DNA of 64,000 bases from NCBI GenBank assembly GCA_036149055.1, contig JAYZQJ010000014.1, positions 64,001-128,000 on the forward strand, read 5' to 3'. Origin of the DNA: Myxococcota bacterium (GTDB taxonomy: Bacteria > Myxococcota_A > Polyangia > Polyangiales > Sandaracinaceae). The position numbers were made by a program, and so were the translations under genes. A model generated the notes under the pieces. That model searched no databases and was not told the origin of the DNA. It worked only from the letters and a program-made list of their open reading frames with translations. Numbering within the stretch: the stretch's first letter is position 1; the number at the start of each line of letters is the position of its first letter. This document shows positions 35,590-43,924 of this stretch, piece after piece.

Positions 35590-36438
35590 ATGACCCTGGT
35601 CGACCAGTTCGAGAGCGTCTTCCGCTCCGCCGAGCGCAGCCGCTACCGGTTCAGCGCCATCGACGTGAAGAAGGTGGTGCTGGTGACCGACCTCGACGCC
35701 GAGGCGGCGGCGGCGTTCCTCGCGAAGACGAAGGCGTTCCTCGTGGAGCTCGAGGGCGCCGAGTGGGTGACCCTCGACAACGACGACTACGGCGACGTGG
35801 ACGCGCTGCGAGACGCGGTCGCCGAGGCGCAGCCGGACTTGATCGTCAGCTACCGGAACGTCCGCTACAAGACGTGGCGCTGGCCCTACAGCCTCGGCGT
35901 CTACCTCAACGTGCTGACCCGCGAGACCCACTACCCGGTGCTCGTGATGCCGAACCCGCACGAGCTGCCCGACTGGACGGGCGGCGAGACCGAGGCGGTG
36001 ATGGTGCTCGCCGATCACCTCACCGGCGACGACGCGCTGGTGAACTGGGGCGTCCGCTTCGTGCGGCCCGAGGGCAAGCTCTTCCTCGCCCACGTCGAGG
36101 ACGACGCCGTCTTCGAGCGCTACGTCGACGTCATCGCGAAGCTGCCGAGCATCGACACCGAGGTGGCCCGCGAGGACATCCGCGAGCGGCTCGTGAAGGA
36201 GCCGCGCGACTACATCGAGAGCATCGGTGAGGTGCTGGCCGAGCAAGGCCACCTGACCCACGAGCTCGTCCCCGTCGTGCGCTGGGGCCACCGCCTCGGC
36301 GACTACGTGAAGCTCATCGAGGAGCACGACGTGGATCTGCTCGTCTTCCACACCAAGGAGGAGGACGACCTCGCGCTGCACGGCAAGGCCTACTCGCTCG
36401 CCGTCCGCCTGCGCGACGTGCCGATCCTCATGCTGTGA
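35590..36438 (+). CDS. universal stress protein-like (tandem USP fold)
   Basis: KVVLVTD, PDLIV, PVLVMP, DVDLLV, VPILML. Confidence 0.65.
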   Translation: MTLVDQFESVFRSAERSRYRFSAIDVKKVVLVTDLDAEAAAAFLAKTKAFLVELEGAEWVTLDNDDYGDVDALRDAVAEAQPDLIVSYRNVRYKTWRWPYSLGVYLNVLTRETHYPVLVMPNPHELPDWTGGETEAVMVLADHLTGDDALVNWGVRFVRPEGKLFLAHVEDDAVFERYVDVIAKLPSIDTEVAREDIRERLVKEPRDYIESIGEVLAEQGHLTHELVPVVRWGHRLGDYVKLIEEHDVDLLVFHTKEEDDLALHGKAYSLAVRLRDVPILML

Positions 36439-37820
36439 TGCCCGAAGCCGTCGCCGAGACGATCGTCGACCCCCACGTGCCCACCTGGGTCACCGCGCTC
36501 TTCGGCGCGATCCTGGTGCTGATGGTCCTCGCGCTCGCGCTCGAGGAGAAGCTGCACGCCAAGAAGTCCTTCATCACCGGCGTCGCCGCGGTGGTCAGCC
36601 TCGCGCTCGCCGAGGCGCTGCACCTGCTGCCCACCGACGACCTGACCAACTCGCTCCACGAGCACGTGGAGATGCCGGTCTACATCGCCGCGATCGACTG
36701 GGGCGTCATCGCGATCATCCTCGGCTCGAGCATCTTCGTCGACGTCACCAGCAAGTCGGGGCTCTTCGCGTGGATCGCGATCCGGCTGACCCGCGCCAGC
36801 AAGGGCGATCCCTTCTGGCTGCTCGTCTACTACGGCCTGATGACGGTGGTGTTCAGCGCGATGCTGAACAACGTCACCTCGATGATCATCGTCGGCTCGC
36901 TCTCCGGCGTGTCGCTGAAGAAGCTGAAGCGCACCGAGCTGCTGCTCGGCTTCCTGATGGTCGAGGGGCTGCTGACGAACATCGGCGGCCTCCTGACCCT
37001 GATCAGCTCGGTGCCCAACATCATCGTCGGCCAGACGGCGGGCATCAGCTTCGTGGACTTCTTCCTCGTCGCCAGCCCCTACGTCGTGGTCGGCACGGCG
37101 GTCACGCTGCTCCTCGGCGCGCGCCTCTTCGGCATCCGGCGCCTGACCGACGACGAGCGCGAGGAGGCCCAGGCCCTGGTCGACACCTTCGACGAGAACG
37201 AGAGCATCGAGAGCCGCGGCTTCTTCACCTACGGCGCGGTGATGAGCGTGCTCTTCATCGTCGCCATCGCCACCGCGAGCGTCACCCCGGTGGTGAGCGA
37301 GCTCGGCATGGGCTTCGTCGCCCTCGCCTTCGCGGCCGCGATGCTGCTGCGCTTCAAGAGCGAGGTCGACCGCTTCTACCAGGCGGTCGACTGGGACCTC
37401 ATCGGCTTCTTCGCCGCGCTCTTCATCGTCATCAACGTGATGGAGCACGCCCACGTGCTCGAGGCCATCGGGGTCGGGCTCGCGAAGATCCTCGAGCTGC
37501 CCGGCGAGAGCGGGACGCTGCTGGTGAGCGCGGCCGCCGCCTCGAGCGTGACCGACAACATCCCGCTGGCGGCGATGCTCGCGAACATCCTCCGCGGCCT
37601 CGGCACCGCCGGCGACTCGCCGCTCTGGTGGTCGGTGGTCTTCGGCGCGAACCTCGGCGGCAACCTCACCCCGATCGGCTCGGCCTCGACGGTGGTCGCG
37701 GTGACGCTGATGAACAAGCACCGGCTCGGCGTGAGCTTCGGCGGCTTCGTGCGAAGGGCCCTCCCCTTCGCCGCGGTGCAGCTGATCCTCGCGGTGGCCT
37801 ATGTGATGATCTTCCTGTGA
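36438..37820 (+). CDS. ArsB/NhaD/SLC13-type ion permease
   Basis: FSAMLNNVT, NIGGLLTLISSVPNII, TDNIPL, GANLGGNLTPIGSAS; TGATG coupling. Confidence 0.9.
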   Translation: MPEAVAETIVDPHVPTWVTALFGAILVLMVLALALEEKLHAKKSFITGVAAVVSLALAEALHLLPTDDLTNSLHEHVEMPVYIAAIDWGVIAIILGSSIFVDVTSKSGLFAWIAIRLTRASKGDPFWLLVYYGLMTVVFSAMLNNVTSMIIVGSLSGVSLKKLKRTELLLGFLMVEGLLTNIGGLLTLISSVPNIIVGQTAGISFVDFFLVASPYVVVGTAVTLLLGARLFGIRRLTDDEREEAQALVDTFDENESIESRGFFTYGAVMSVLFIVAIATASVTPVVSELGMGFVALAFAAAMLLRFKSEVDRFYQAVDWDLIGFFAALFIVINVMEHAHVLEAIGVGLAKILELPGESGTLLVSAAAASSVTDNIPLAAMLANILRGLGTAGDSPLWWSVVFGANLGGNLTPIGSASTVVAVTLMNKHRLGVSFGGFVRRALPFAAVQLILAVAYVMIFL

Positions 37821-38569
37821 CGCCGCGCACGATCTTCTTCCTGAGCGACTTCGGCACCCGCGACGTGTACGTGGGCGTGGTGGAGGCGGTGATCCACCGC
37901 GTCGCGCCCGACGCCCGGGTGATCCACCTCGGTCACGGCATCCCGCCGCAGGACCTCCGCAACGCGAGCTGGCAGCTGTGGGCGGCGGCGCCGCACCTGC
38001 CGGAGGGCTCGGTGGTGCTCGCGGTCATCGACCCGGGCGTCGGCTCGGCGCGCCACGCGGTCGTCGTCGAGACCGATCGCCGGATCTACGTCGCGCCCGA
38101 CAACGGCCTGCTCGAGGCGACGCTCGCGCGAGAGACGGTGAAGACCGCGCGCGCGCTCACGAACCCCGCCTACCGGCTCGACGAGGTCTCGAACACCTTC
38201 CACGGCCGCGACGTGTTCGGCCCCGCCGCCGCCCACCTCAGCCAGGGCGAGCGCCCCGAGCGCTTCGGCGACGAGGTGGAGTCGCTCGCGACCCTCGGCG
38301 TGCTCCCCCGCGACGCCGGCTACGGAGAGATCTGGACCTTCGACCACTTCGGCAACGCGCTGACCACCATGCTCGCGCCGAGCGCCGCGCCCGACGCGGT
38401 CACGGTCGCCGGCCGGCGCGTGCCCTGGGCCGAGACCTACGCGTCGGTGCAGCCCGGAGAGGCGCTGGCCCTGCGCGGCTCGAGCGGGCTGATCGAGCTG
38501 AGCGTGCGCGAGGGCTCCGCCCGCGAGGCGCTGGGCCTCCGCGAAGGCGCCGAGGTCCGGGTAGTCTGA
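37817..38569 (+). CDS. SAM hydrolase (DUF62, SAM-dependent halogenase superfamily)
   Basis: LSDFG, VIDPGVGSAR, APDNG, TFHGRDVFGP, DHFGN; GTGA overlap. Confidence 0.92.
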   Translation: MTPRTIFFLSDFGTRDVYVGVVEAVIHRVAPDARVIHLGHGIPPQDLRNASWQLWAAAPHLPEGSVVLAVIDPGVGSARHAVVVETDRRIYVAPDNGLLEATLARETVKTARALTNPAYRLDEVSNTFHGRDVFGPAAAHLSQGERPERFGDEVESLATLGVLPRDAGYGEIWTFDHFGNALTTMLAPSAAPDAVTVAGRRVPWAETYASVQPGEALALRGSSGLIELSVREGSAREALGLREGAEVRVV

Positions 38570-38573
38570 GCAG

Positions 38574-39275
38574 TCACCCGACGAGCAGCGCCGTGCACTC
38601 CGGGACCCGGGTCCAGCCCTCCTCGCGGATCCGCGCGACGAGCGGCTCGCCGAAGAAGCCGCCCATGACCCGCGCCGCCGCCTCGACGTCGTCGAAGACG
38701 TAGTCGCTCCGGTGCCAGGCGCGCGTGAAGCCGTGCGCCGCCTCGAGGTGCTCGAAGTAGACGTCGAGGGCCGAGCCGGTGCGGGGCACCTCGTGCCCCG
38801 TGCCGAGGGTCTCCAGGATCACCACCGCGCCGCCGGGCTTCACGACCCGCCGCATCTCGGCGATGGCCTGGTCGACCTCCTCGCGCCAGCCGTCCGGCAT
38901 CCAGTGCCGGAAGTGGCCGAAGACCCACCCGGCGACCGCGTGATCCACCGACGCGTCCTCGAGCGGCAAGGCCCGCGCGTCGGCCACGTGGAAGCGCGCG
39001 CGATCGCCGGCGCCCTCGAGCCGCCGCCGGGCGACGTCGAGCATCGGGGCCGCGCGCTCGACGAGCTCCAGCCGGGCCGCGCGATCGACGAGCCAGCGCG
39101 AGAGCCGGCCGGTGCCCGCCCCCACGTCGACCACCCGCGCTCCGTCGAAGGGCGCCGCGGCGAGGAACGCGTCCCGCAGCCGTCCGTCGGCGTCCTCGGC
39201 CGAGATCAGCGCGTCGTACTCGTCCGCGCGCTCCAGGTAGACGCGGGCCTGCGCGTCGCTCTCACGGTCACTCAT
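38574..39275 (-). CDS. class I SAM-dependent methyltransferase
   Basis: VVDVGAGTGRL, ADARALP, MRRVVKPGG. Confidence 0.9.
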   Translation of the reverse strand: MSDRESDAQARVYLERADEYDALISAEDADGRLRDAFLAAAPFDGARVVDVGAGTGRLSRWLVDRAARLELVERAAPMLDVARRRLEGAGDRARFHVADARALPLEDASVDHAVAGWVFGHFRHWMPDGWREEVDQAIAEMRRVVKPGGAVVILETLGTGHEVPRTGSALDVYFEHLEAAHGFTRAWHRSDYVFDDVEAAARVMGGFFGEPLVARIREEGWTRVPECTALLVG

Positions 39276-39319
39276 GCGCCTTCGTAGCATCGGCGCCGTC
39301 CGGAGCTACCTGCCCGATC

Positions 39320-40225
39320 GTGGGTCGCCTCGTCTCGCTCGCCCTGATGGCCGCGCTCCTGGCTCCGTCGCCGGCCCTCGCCGTGCGCGAAGGCGAGCGA
39401 GCGCCGGGGCTGGACCTCGTCGACGACAACGGCCGCCGCGTCACCTGGCAGCGCTACCGCGGCCGCGTCCTGGTGGTGAGCACCTGGGCCTCGTGGTGCC
39501 ACCCGTGCATGGACGAGCTGCCGTCGCTCCAGCGCCTCTACGCCCGCCACTACCGCCGCGGCCTCCGCGTCCTCGGCGTCAACGTCGACCGCGACGTCGA
39601 CACGATGGAGCGCGCGGCGCGCGAGCTCGGCGTGCGCTTCCCGCAGGTGCACGACCCCGAGCGGCGCTTCGCGCGGCGGTGGGGGGCGCGCACGATCCCG
39701 ATGCTGTGGGTCGTCGACGCGCGGGGCGTCGTGCGGCACGTGCAAGGAGGCTACGAGCCGGGAGACGAGAGGAGGGTCGAGCGGGTGGTGCGGCGGTTGC
39801 TCGGGGCGGAGGAGAGTGAAGGCGACGCCGACGCCCCGGATGAGGCCGAGCCCGAACCCGTATCCGAGCCTGAGTCCGAGTCCGAGTCCGAGTCCGAGTC
39901 CGAGTCCGAGTCCGAGGCCGAGTCCGAGTCCGAAGCCGAGCCCGAAGCCGAGCCCGAAGCCGAGGCCGAGTCCGAGGTCGAGGCCGAGTCCGAGGCCGAG
40001 GCCGAGTCCGAGTCCGAAGCCGAGCCCGAAGCCGAGCCCGTGGCCGAGCCCGTGGCGCCGGTCGGGGGGCCGCGGCCGGTGGCGCCGGCGGGGAGCAACC
40101 GGGCGGGAGGGCTCTGCAGCGCGGGGCGCTCGCCGGGGAGCCGCGGGGCGGCGCTCGCGCTGGTCGCGCTGTTGGGGGCCTGCGGGGTGCGGAGGCGGCG
40201 GAGGTCGCGGCCGTCGAGGGGGTGA
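39320..40225 (+). CDS. TlpA-like redoxin with acidic stalk and MYXO-CTERM-type anchor
   Basis: [10 protein letters not shown] cis-Pro loop, (ES/EA/EP)n linker, GGLCSAG...[17 protein letters not shown]. Confidence 0.85.
   Translation: MGRLVSLALMAALLAPSPALAVREGERAPGLDLVDDNGRRVTWQRYRGRVLVVSTWASWCHPCMDELPSLQRLYARHYRRGLRVLGVNVDRDVDTMERAARELGVRFPQVHDPERRFARRWGARTIPMLWVVDARGVVRHVQGGYEPGDERRVERVVRRLLGAEESEGDADAPDEAEPEPVSEPESESESESESESESEAESESEAEPEAEPEAEAESEVEAESEAEAESESEAEPEAEPVAEPVAPVGGPRPVAPAGSNRAGGLCSAGRSPGSRGAALALVALLGACGVRRRRRSRPSRG
39841..40050 (+). repeat. hexamer low-complexity coding repeat (GAGTCC x7 at 39872-39913, plus GAGGCC/GAGCCC variants)
   Basis: Directly visible; encodes [13 protein letters not shown]. 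Confidence 0.92.
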
Positions 40226-40258
40226 CGGCGTCGCCCGGACGCGGCACCGTGATCCAGA

Positions 40259-40597
40259 TTGGCGGTGCAGGTGGGTGAGCGAGTCGGCAAGCGAGCGTGG
40301 GTGACGGCGCTCGTGCTCAGCGTGATCGTCGGGCTCGTCGGAGTGCTCTGGGCCGTGCTGCTGACCGTGATGGGCGGTCTCATGGAGGCCGGGGCGCTCT
40401 TCGGGCGGGGCGGCGGCGGCGCGCACTACGCCGCGCAAGGGGCGGCGCTGATCGGGCTCGCCGCCTGCGTCTCGGCCGGACCGCTGCTCCTCGGCGTCGG
40501 CCTCGCGGCCACGCGGCGACGCGGCCCCGTCATCACCGCCTACGTCGTCGCCGGGCTGGCCCTCGTCCTCCCGTGGTGCGCGCTGCTGCTGCGGTGA
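40259..40597 (+). CDS. small hypothetical membrane protein
   Basis: Three hydrophobic segments; start uncertain. Confidence 0.55.
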   Translation: MAVQVGERVGKRAWVTALVLSVIVGLVGVLWAVLLTVMGGLMEAGALFGRGGGGAHYAAQGAALIGLAACVSAGPLLLGVGLAATRRRGPVITAYVVAGLALVLPWCALLLR

Positions 40598-40644
40598 CGA
40601 AGAGGAGAGCCCCGCGCTCGTCCCTTCAACCGAGAAGGCAGCGT

Positions 40645-41322
40645 TCACCCCTCGAGGCCAGGCTCGCGCGTCGTCTCGATCCAGAGCCGGCGGAGCCGGC
40701 GTGGGCTGCAGTCGCTCAGCGCAGCGCGTCCGTGCAAGATCCGGCGATTGTCGACGAACAGCAGCTCACCTGGCGCGAGCCTGATCTCGAGCGCTCGACG
40801 CTCGGCCTCGCCAAGCGCCGCGCGCAGCGACCGGAGCGCGCGACGCCCTTCGGGAGTCGCATCGACCGGCGCCAGCCAGGGCGCATGGAAGAGCGCCAGG
40901 CAACCGCCGCGGCGCGAGACGACCGGGGTGAGCGTAGCGGGGTCACCGAGCCGGACCATGGCGGGCAGCCTCGTCCGCTCCAGCTGAGCGATCGTCTCGG
41001 CCGAGAGGCGGCCGAGCACCTCGTGACCATCGACCAGCCGCGAGGCCCCGACGTGGTCATCCTGCGCCTCGCATCGCCAGCCGATGAGGTCCGCCCGCGA
41101 GTGATCCGTGTGGACCGGGATGGGGCCGGGGCTCGCGAGGTAGGTACGGCTCCCAGGTCGCACGCGTACGGACGTGTCGCCGACGATCCGTCCGAGATCC
41201 CGCGCAATCGCCAGCAGCTGAGCGTCGGAGTGGTAGCCCCGCAGCCACGCGACCCCGGACGCGCGCACGCCGCGAACGACGTGACGCGCGCCCGGGCAGC
41301 AACGCTCGTTCAGGACTTGCAC
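40645..41322 (-). CDS. TauD/TfdA-family Fe(II)/2-oxoglutarate dioxygenase (short form)
   Basis: HTD facial-triad motif, GASRLVDG, LFVDNRRILHGR, RRLRRLW. Confidence 0.85.
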   Translation of the reverse strand: MQVLNERCCPGARHVVRGVRASGVAWLRGYHSDAQLLAIARDLGRIVGDTSVRVRPGSRTYLASPGPIPVHTDHSRADLIGWRCEAQDDHVGASRLVDGHEVLGRLSAETIAQLERTRLPAMVRLGDPATLTPVVSRRGGCLALFHAPWLAPVDATPEGRRALRSLRAALGEAERRALEIRLAPGELLFVDNRRILHGRAALSDCSPRRLRRLWIETTREPGLEG

Positions 41323-41807
41323 GCGTGCCAGCAGCGGTTCGAGCAGTCGTGCCAGCAGCTCGTGGCGCTCGACGCCTGGTCCGGCATCCGCTCCACGTAG
41401 GGCTCACCGTACTCGAGCTCCCAGCGCCGCGCGAAATCACGGAAGGCCCGCTTCAGCACCGGAAGCTCCCCGGGACCCAGACCAAAGCCCCCGTCGTGGT
41501 CGAAGATCCGGCCGAAGAGGCGCATGCAATCCGCGTAGTACGCGACCGGATGCAGCATGTGCAGGTGCCAGAGCTCGTCGATCTCCAGCGTCGGGGTGGC
41601 GCGCACCCCCGGATGCTTCGCGGCCAGGCTCAGGAACATTTCGTAGCGGCGAGCCTCGAGCACGCGCTTCTCGTGGCTCCAGTCTCGCGGAAACGTCGAT
41701 GAGCGGTAGCTCGCGGCGACGAGATCCACGCCGAGCTCGAGGCCGGCGTCGTCGCGTACCTCCGGATGCGGAGCGGGCGCAGGGCTGACAGAGAGGGTGG
41801 TGTTCAC
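41310..41807 (-). CDS. GRDP-like His-rich domain protein with C-terminal tandem CWHxC motifs
   Basis: RRYEMFLSL...PTLEIDELWHLHMLHPVAYYADC...IFDHD; tail SCWHDCSNRCWHACKS; AAAGG before GTG 41807. Confidence 0.78.
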   Translation of the reverse strand: MNTTLSVSPAPAPHPEVRDDAGLELGVDLVAASYRSSTFPRDWSHEKRVLEARRYEMFLSLAAKHPGVRATPTLEIDELWHLHMLHPVAYYADCMRLFGRIFDHDGGFGLGPGELPVLKRAFRDFARRWELEYGEPYVERMPDQASSATSCWHDCSNRCWHACKS

Positions 41808-41967
41808 GGTCGTTGCCTTTCGTTGGGTGCAGGTGGACAGAGCTCGGGCGCACGAGCGCGACCGAGTCGGAGGGATGGAGAGAAGAAGGAGGGGAAGCCT
41901 CGGGGTCCCGCAGGGGCGTTCGCCCCATCTCACGGGCGTGGAGGCTGCGGCGCTGCTCGTCGGACCT

Positions 41968-42489
41968 TCAGAGGCGCGCGTACGCAGCGCCCACCACGTC
42001 CGCGTCGGCGGAGAGCTCTCGACGGAGTTTCTCCCGGGCGGCGGTGAGGTAGCGCTTCACGGTCGCGAGGCTGACCCCGATGGCGGCGGCCACCTCTTCG
42101 AGGGACATGCCCTCACCGTGTCGCAGCTCGAACGCGATCTGGTGGTCGGTGGGCAGCGCCTGGAGACCCCGCACCAGGCGGTTGCGCCCATCGAGTCGAC
42201 TGCTGAGCGAGCGCCCCACGTCCATCGCGGTGTGAACGGTGCTGTCGAATGGCGTGGTCGGACGCTGGCGGTCGTAGAACTTGAGGACCTGAAACCGGGC
42301 AATTCCCCAGAGGTAGGCGCGCTCGCCGTGCGTCGCCCGAGCACGCCCGTCGACGAAGGCGAGCATGGTCGCCTGCACCAGGTCGAGCACGTCGCTGTCG
42401 GGGACCTTGGTGTGGAAGAAGCGGCGCAGCCGCGGCCACTCGTCCCGAATCAGCTGCTCGAGCAGCGCGTCTCGCGTCGTCGTCATCAT
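41968..42489 (-). CDS. ECF RNA polymerase sigma factor
   Basis: Region 2 DLVQATML..YLWGIAR; region 4 GMSLEEVAAAIGVSLATVKRYLTAAREKL. Confidence 0.9.
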   Translation of the reverse strand: MMTTTRDALLEQLIRDEWPRLRRFFHTKVPDSDVLDLVQATMLAFVDGRARATHGERAYLWGIARFQVLKFYDRQRPTTPFDSTVHTAMDVGRSLSSRLDGRNRLVRGLQALPTDHQIAFELRHGEGMSLEEVAAAIGVSLATVKRYLTAAREKLRRELSADADVVGAAYARL

Positions 42490-43823
42490 CGCCTCCGCGC
42501 GTCATGTCCGGCGGGGGCTCCAAAACGGCTCACCGGCGCGATAATTCCCTCGTACCGCGGCGCGGTGAACTGCCCGCTCATTCGGCGCGCCGAGTGGAAG
42601 CGGAGCACGTAGCCCCTCCCGTCCTCGAGCTGGACCGCCAGGCGCACCGGGCCGCCCAGCCCGAAGCTGGCCGCGATGGGCTCGTCCGTACGTGCCACGC
42701 GCCGATAGTGATGCTCGCCGCGAGGCCCCGTGTCGCCCGTGTGCACGAGCGAGACGTCGAACTCGCAATCGCTGCGGTGGGTCAGCGTCGCGGTGTACTG
42801 GCCCCGTGTTCCCACCGGGATCGCCCCGCTGGACCGCTCGACGACCGTCTCGAAGCCCCACTCGCCCGAGATCGGCGCGCAGCGGTGGTTGGCGTAGGCG
42901 GCGCGGGCGTGCGGCCAGGCGAAGATGCCGAGCGCCACCAACGCGACCGCGACGCATCCGAGCCCGGCGCCGCGCGGCTGCGTCGCTCGCAACGCCGAAA
43001 GAAGCGCATTCATGTCGCGGTACCGACGCTTCGCCTTCGGGTGACTCGCCCGACGCAATACCGCCCAGAGCCTCTCCTCGACGCCAGGTGGAGGGTCCCT
43101 TGGCGGCGGCGCCGCCGCCCCGGTGAGCGCCTCGATCAAGGCAATGGCGAACGCGAACTGGTCGCTCTTCGCCGTGGCCCTGCCCTCACGCGCCTCCGGC
43201 GCCAAATACGCGTCGGTCCCGGCGACCTCGGCGACTGGCGCGGCCGCGCTCGACCTCGAAGACAGCGCCGGGATCGCGAAACCGAAATCGATCACCTGCG
43301 GGACGCCGTCCTCCCCGATGAGGACATTGTCGGGCTTGAAGTCCCGATGGACGATCTTGCACGCGTGCGCGGCCGCGAGCCCCGCGCCTGCCTGCAAGAA
43401 CATCTCGACGATGTCCGCTGGCGTACGTCGTCGCTCGCGAACCCAGGCCCGCAGTGTCCCTCCCCCCACGCGCTGCATCGCGAGCACGCGCAATCGGAAG
43501 GCGACGCCGTCGAGCCGCACGTGGACGTCGTCCACATCGAACACACGCACGATGTTGGGGTGCTCGAGCCGAGCGAGTGCGCGAGCCTCGCTGAGCGCGC
43601 CCCCACCTGACGCATCGGTGTATGACAGCTTCAGCGCCACCGCTCGGTCCAGCCGTTCGTCTCGCGCGGCGACCACCAAGCCCGAGGCGCCGCGACCCAG
43701 GAACGACTCGACCCGATACCGGCCGATGGACGGAGAGGGCCGGCCGGGTACGAGCCCGGCTCGGAGCAACTCGGCTCCGAGCGCGGTCTCGAGCTTCGAC
43801 AGGTCTCCCATCACAGTACTCAT
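42486..43823 (-). CDS. membrane Ser/Thr protein kinase
   Basis: LGRGASG, VALK, HRDFKPDN, DFG, GTDAYLAPE, SDQFAF; TM helix plus extracytoplasmic domain; ATGA overlap with sigma gene. Confidence 0.92.
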   Translation of the reverse strand: MSTVMGDLSKLETALGAELLRAGLVPGRPSPSIGRYRVESFLGRGASGLVVAARDERLDRAVALKLSYTDASGGGALSEARALARLEHPNIVRVFDVDDVHVRLDGVAFRLRVLAMQRVGGGTLRAWVRERRRTPADIVEMFLQAGAGLAAAHACKIVHRDFKPDNVLIGEDGVPQVIDFGFAIPALSSRSSAAAPVAEVAGTDAYLAPEAREGRATAKSDQFAFAIALIEALTGAAAPPPRDPPPGVEERLWAVLRRASHPKAKRRYRDMNALLSALRATQPRGAGLGCVAVALVALGIFAWPHARAAYANHRCAPISGEWGFETVVERSSGAIPVGTRGQYTATLTHRSDCEFDVSLVHTGDTGPRGEHHYRRVARTDEPIAASFGLGGPVRLAVQLEDGRGYVLRFHSARRMSGQFTAPRYEGIIAPVSRFGAPAGHDARRR

Positions 43824-43924
43824 GAAGAGCTGACGGACGAGTATGCCACGTTCGGCCCCCGTACCGCGCCCCGCCTCGCCGCCCGCTGACGCGGGCCCCG
43901 GCGGCGTGCTACTCGGGGCGGGTC

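Noticed and set aside
37817..38569. Possible fluorinase/chlorinase next to an anion permease
   Set aside because: It has the DPGVG..R and TFHGRD residues of the SAM hydrolase (DUF62) branch, not the halogenase-type loop
39872..39913. GAGTCC x7 as a phase-variation switch
   Set aside because: Unit length is a multiple of three, so slippage changes linker length only, not reading frame
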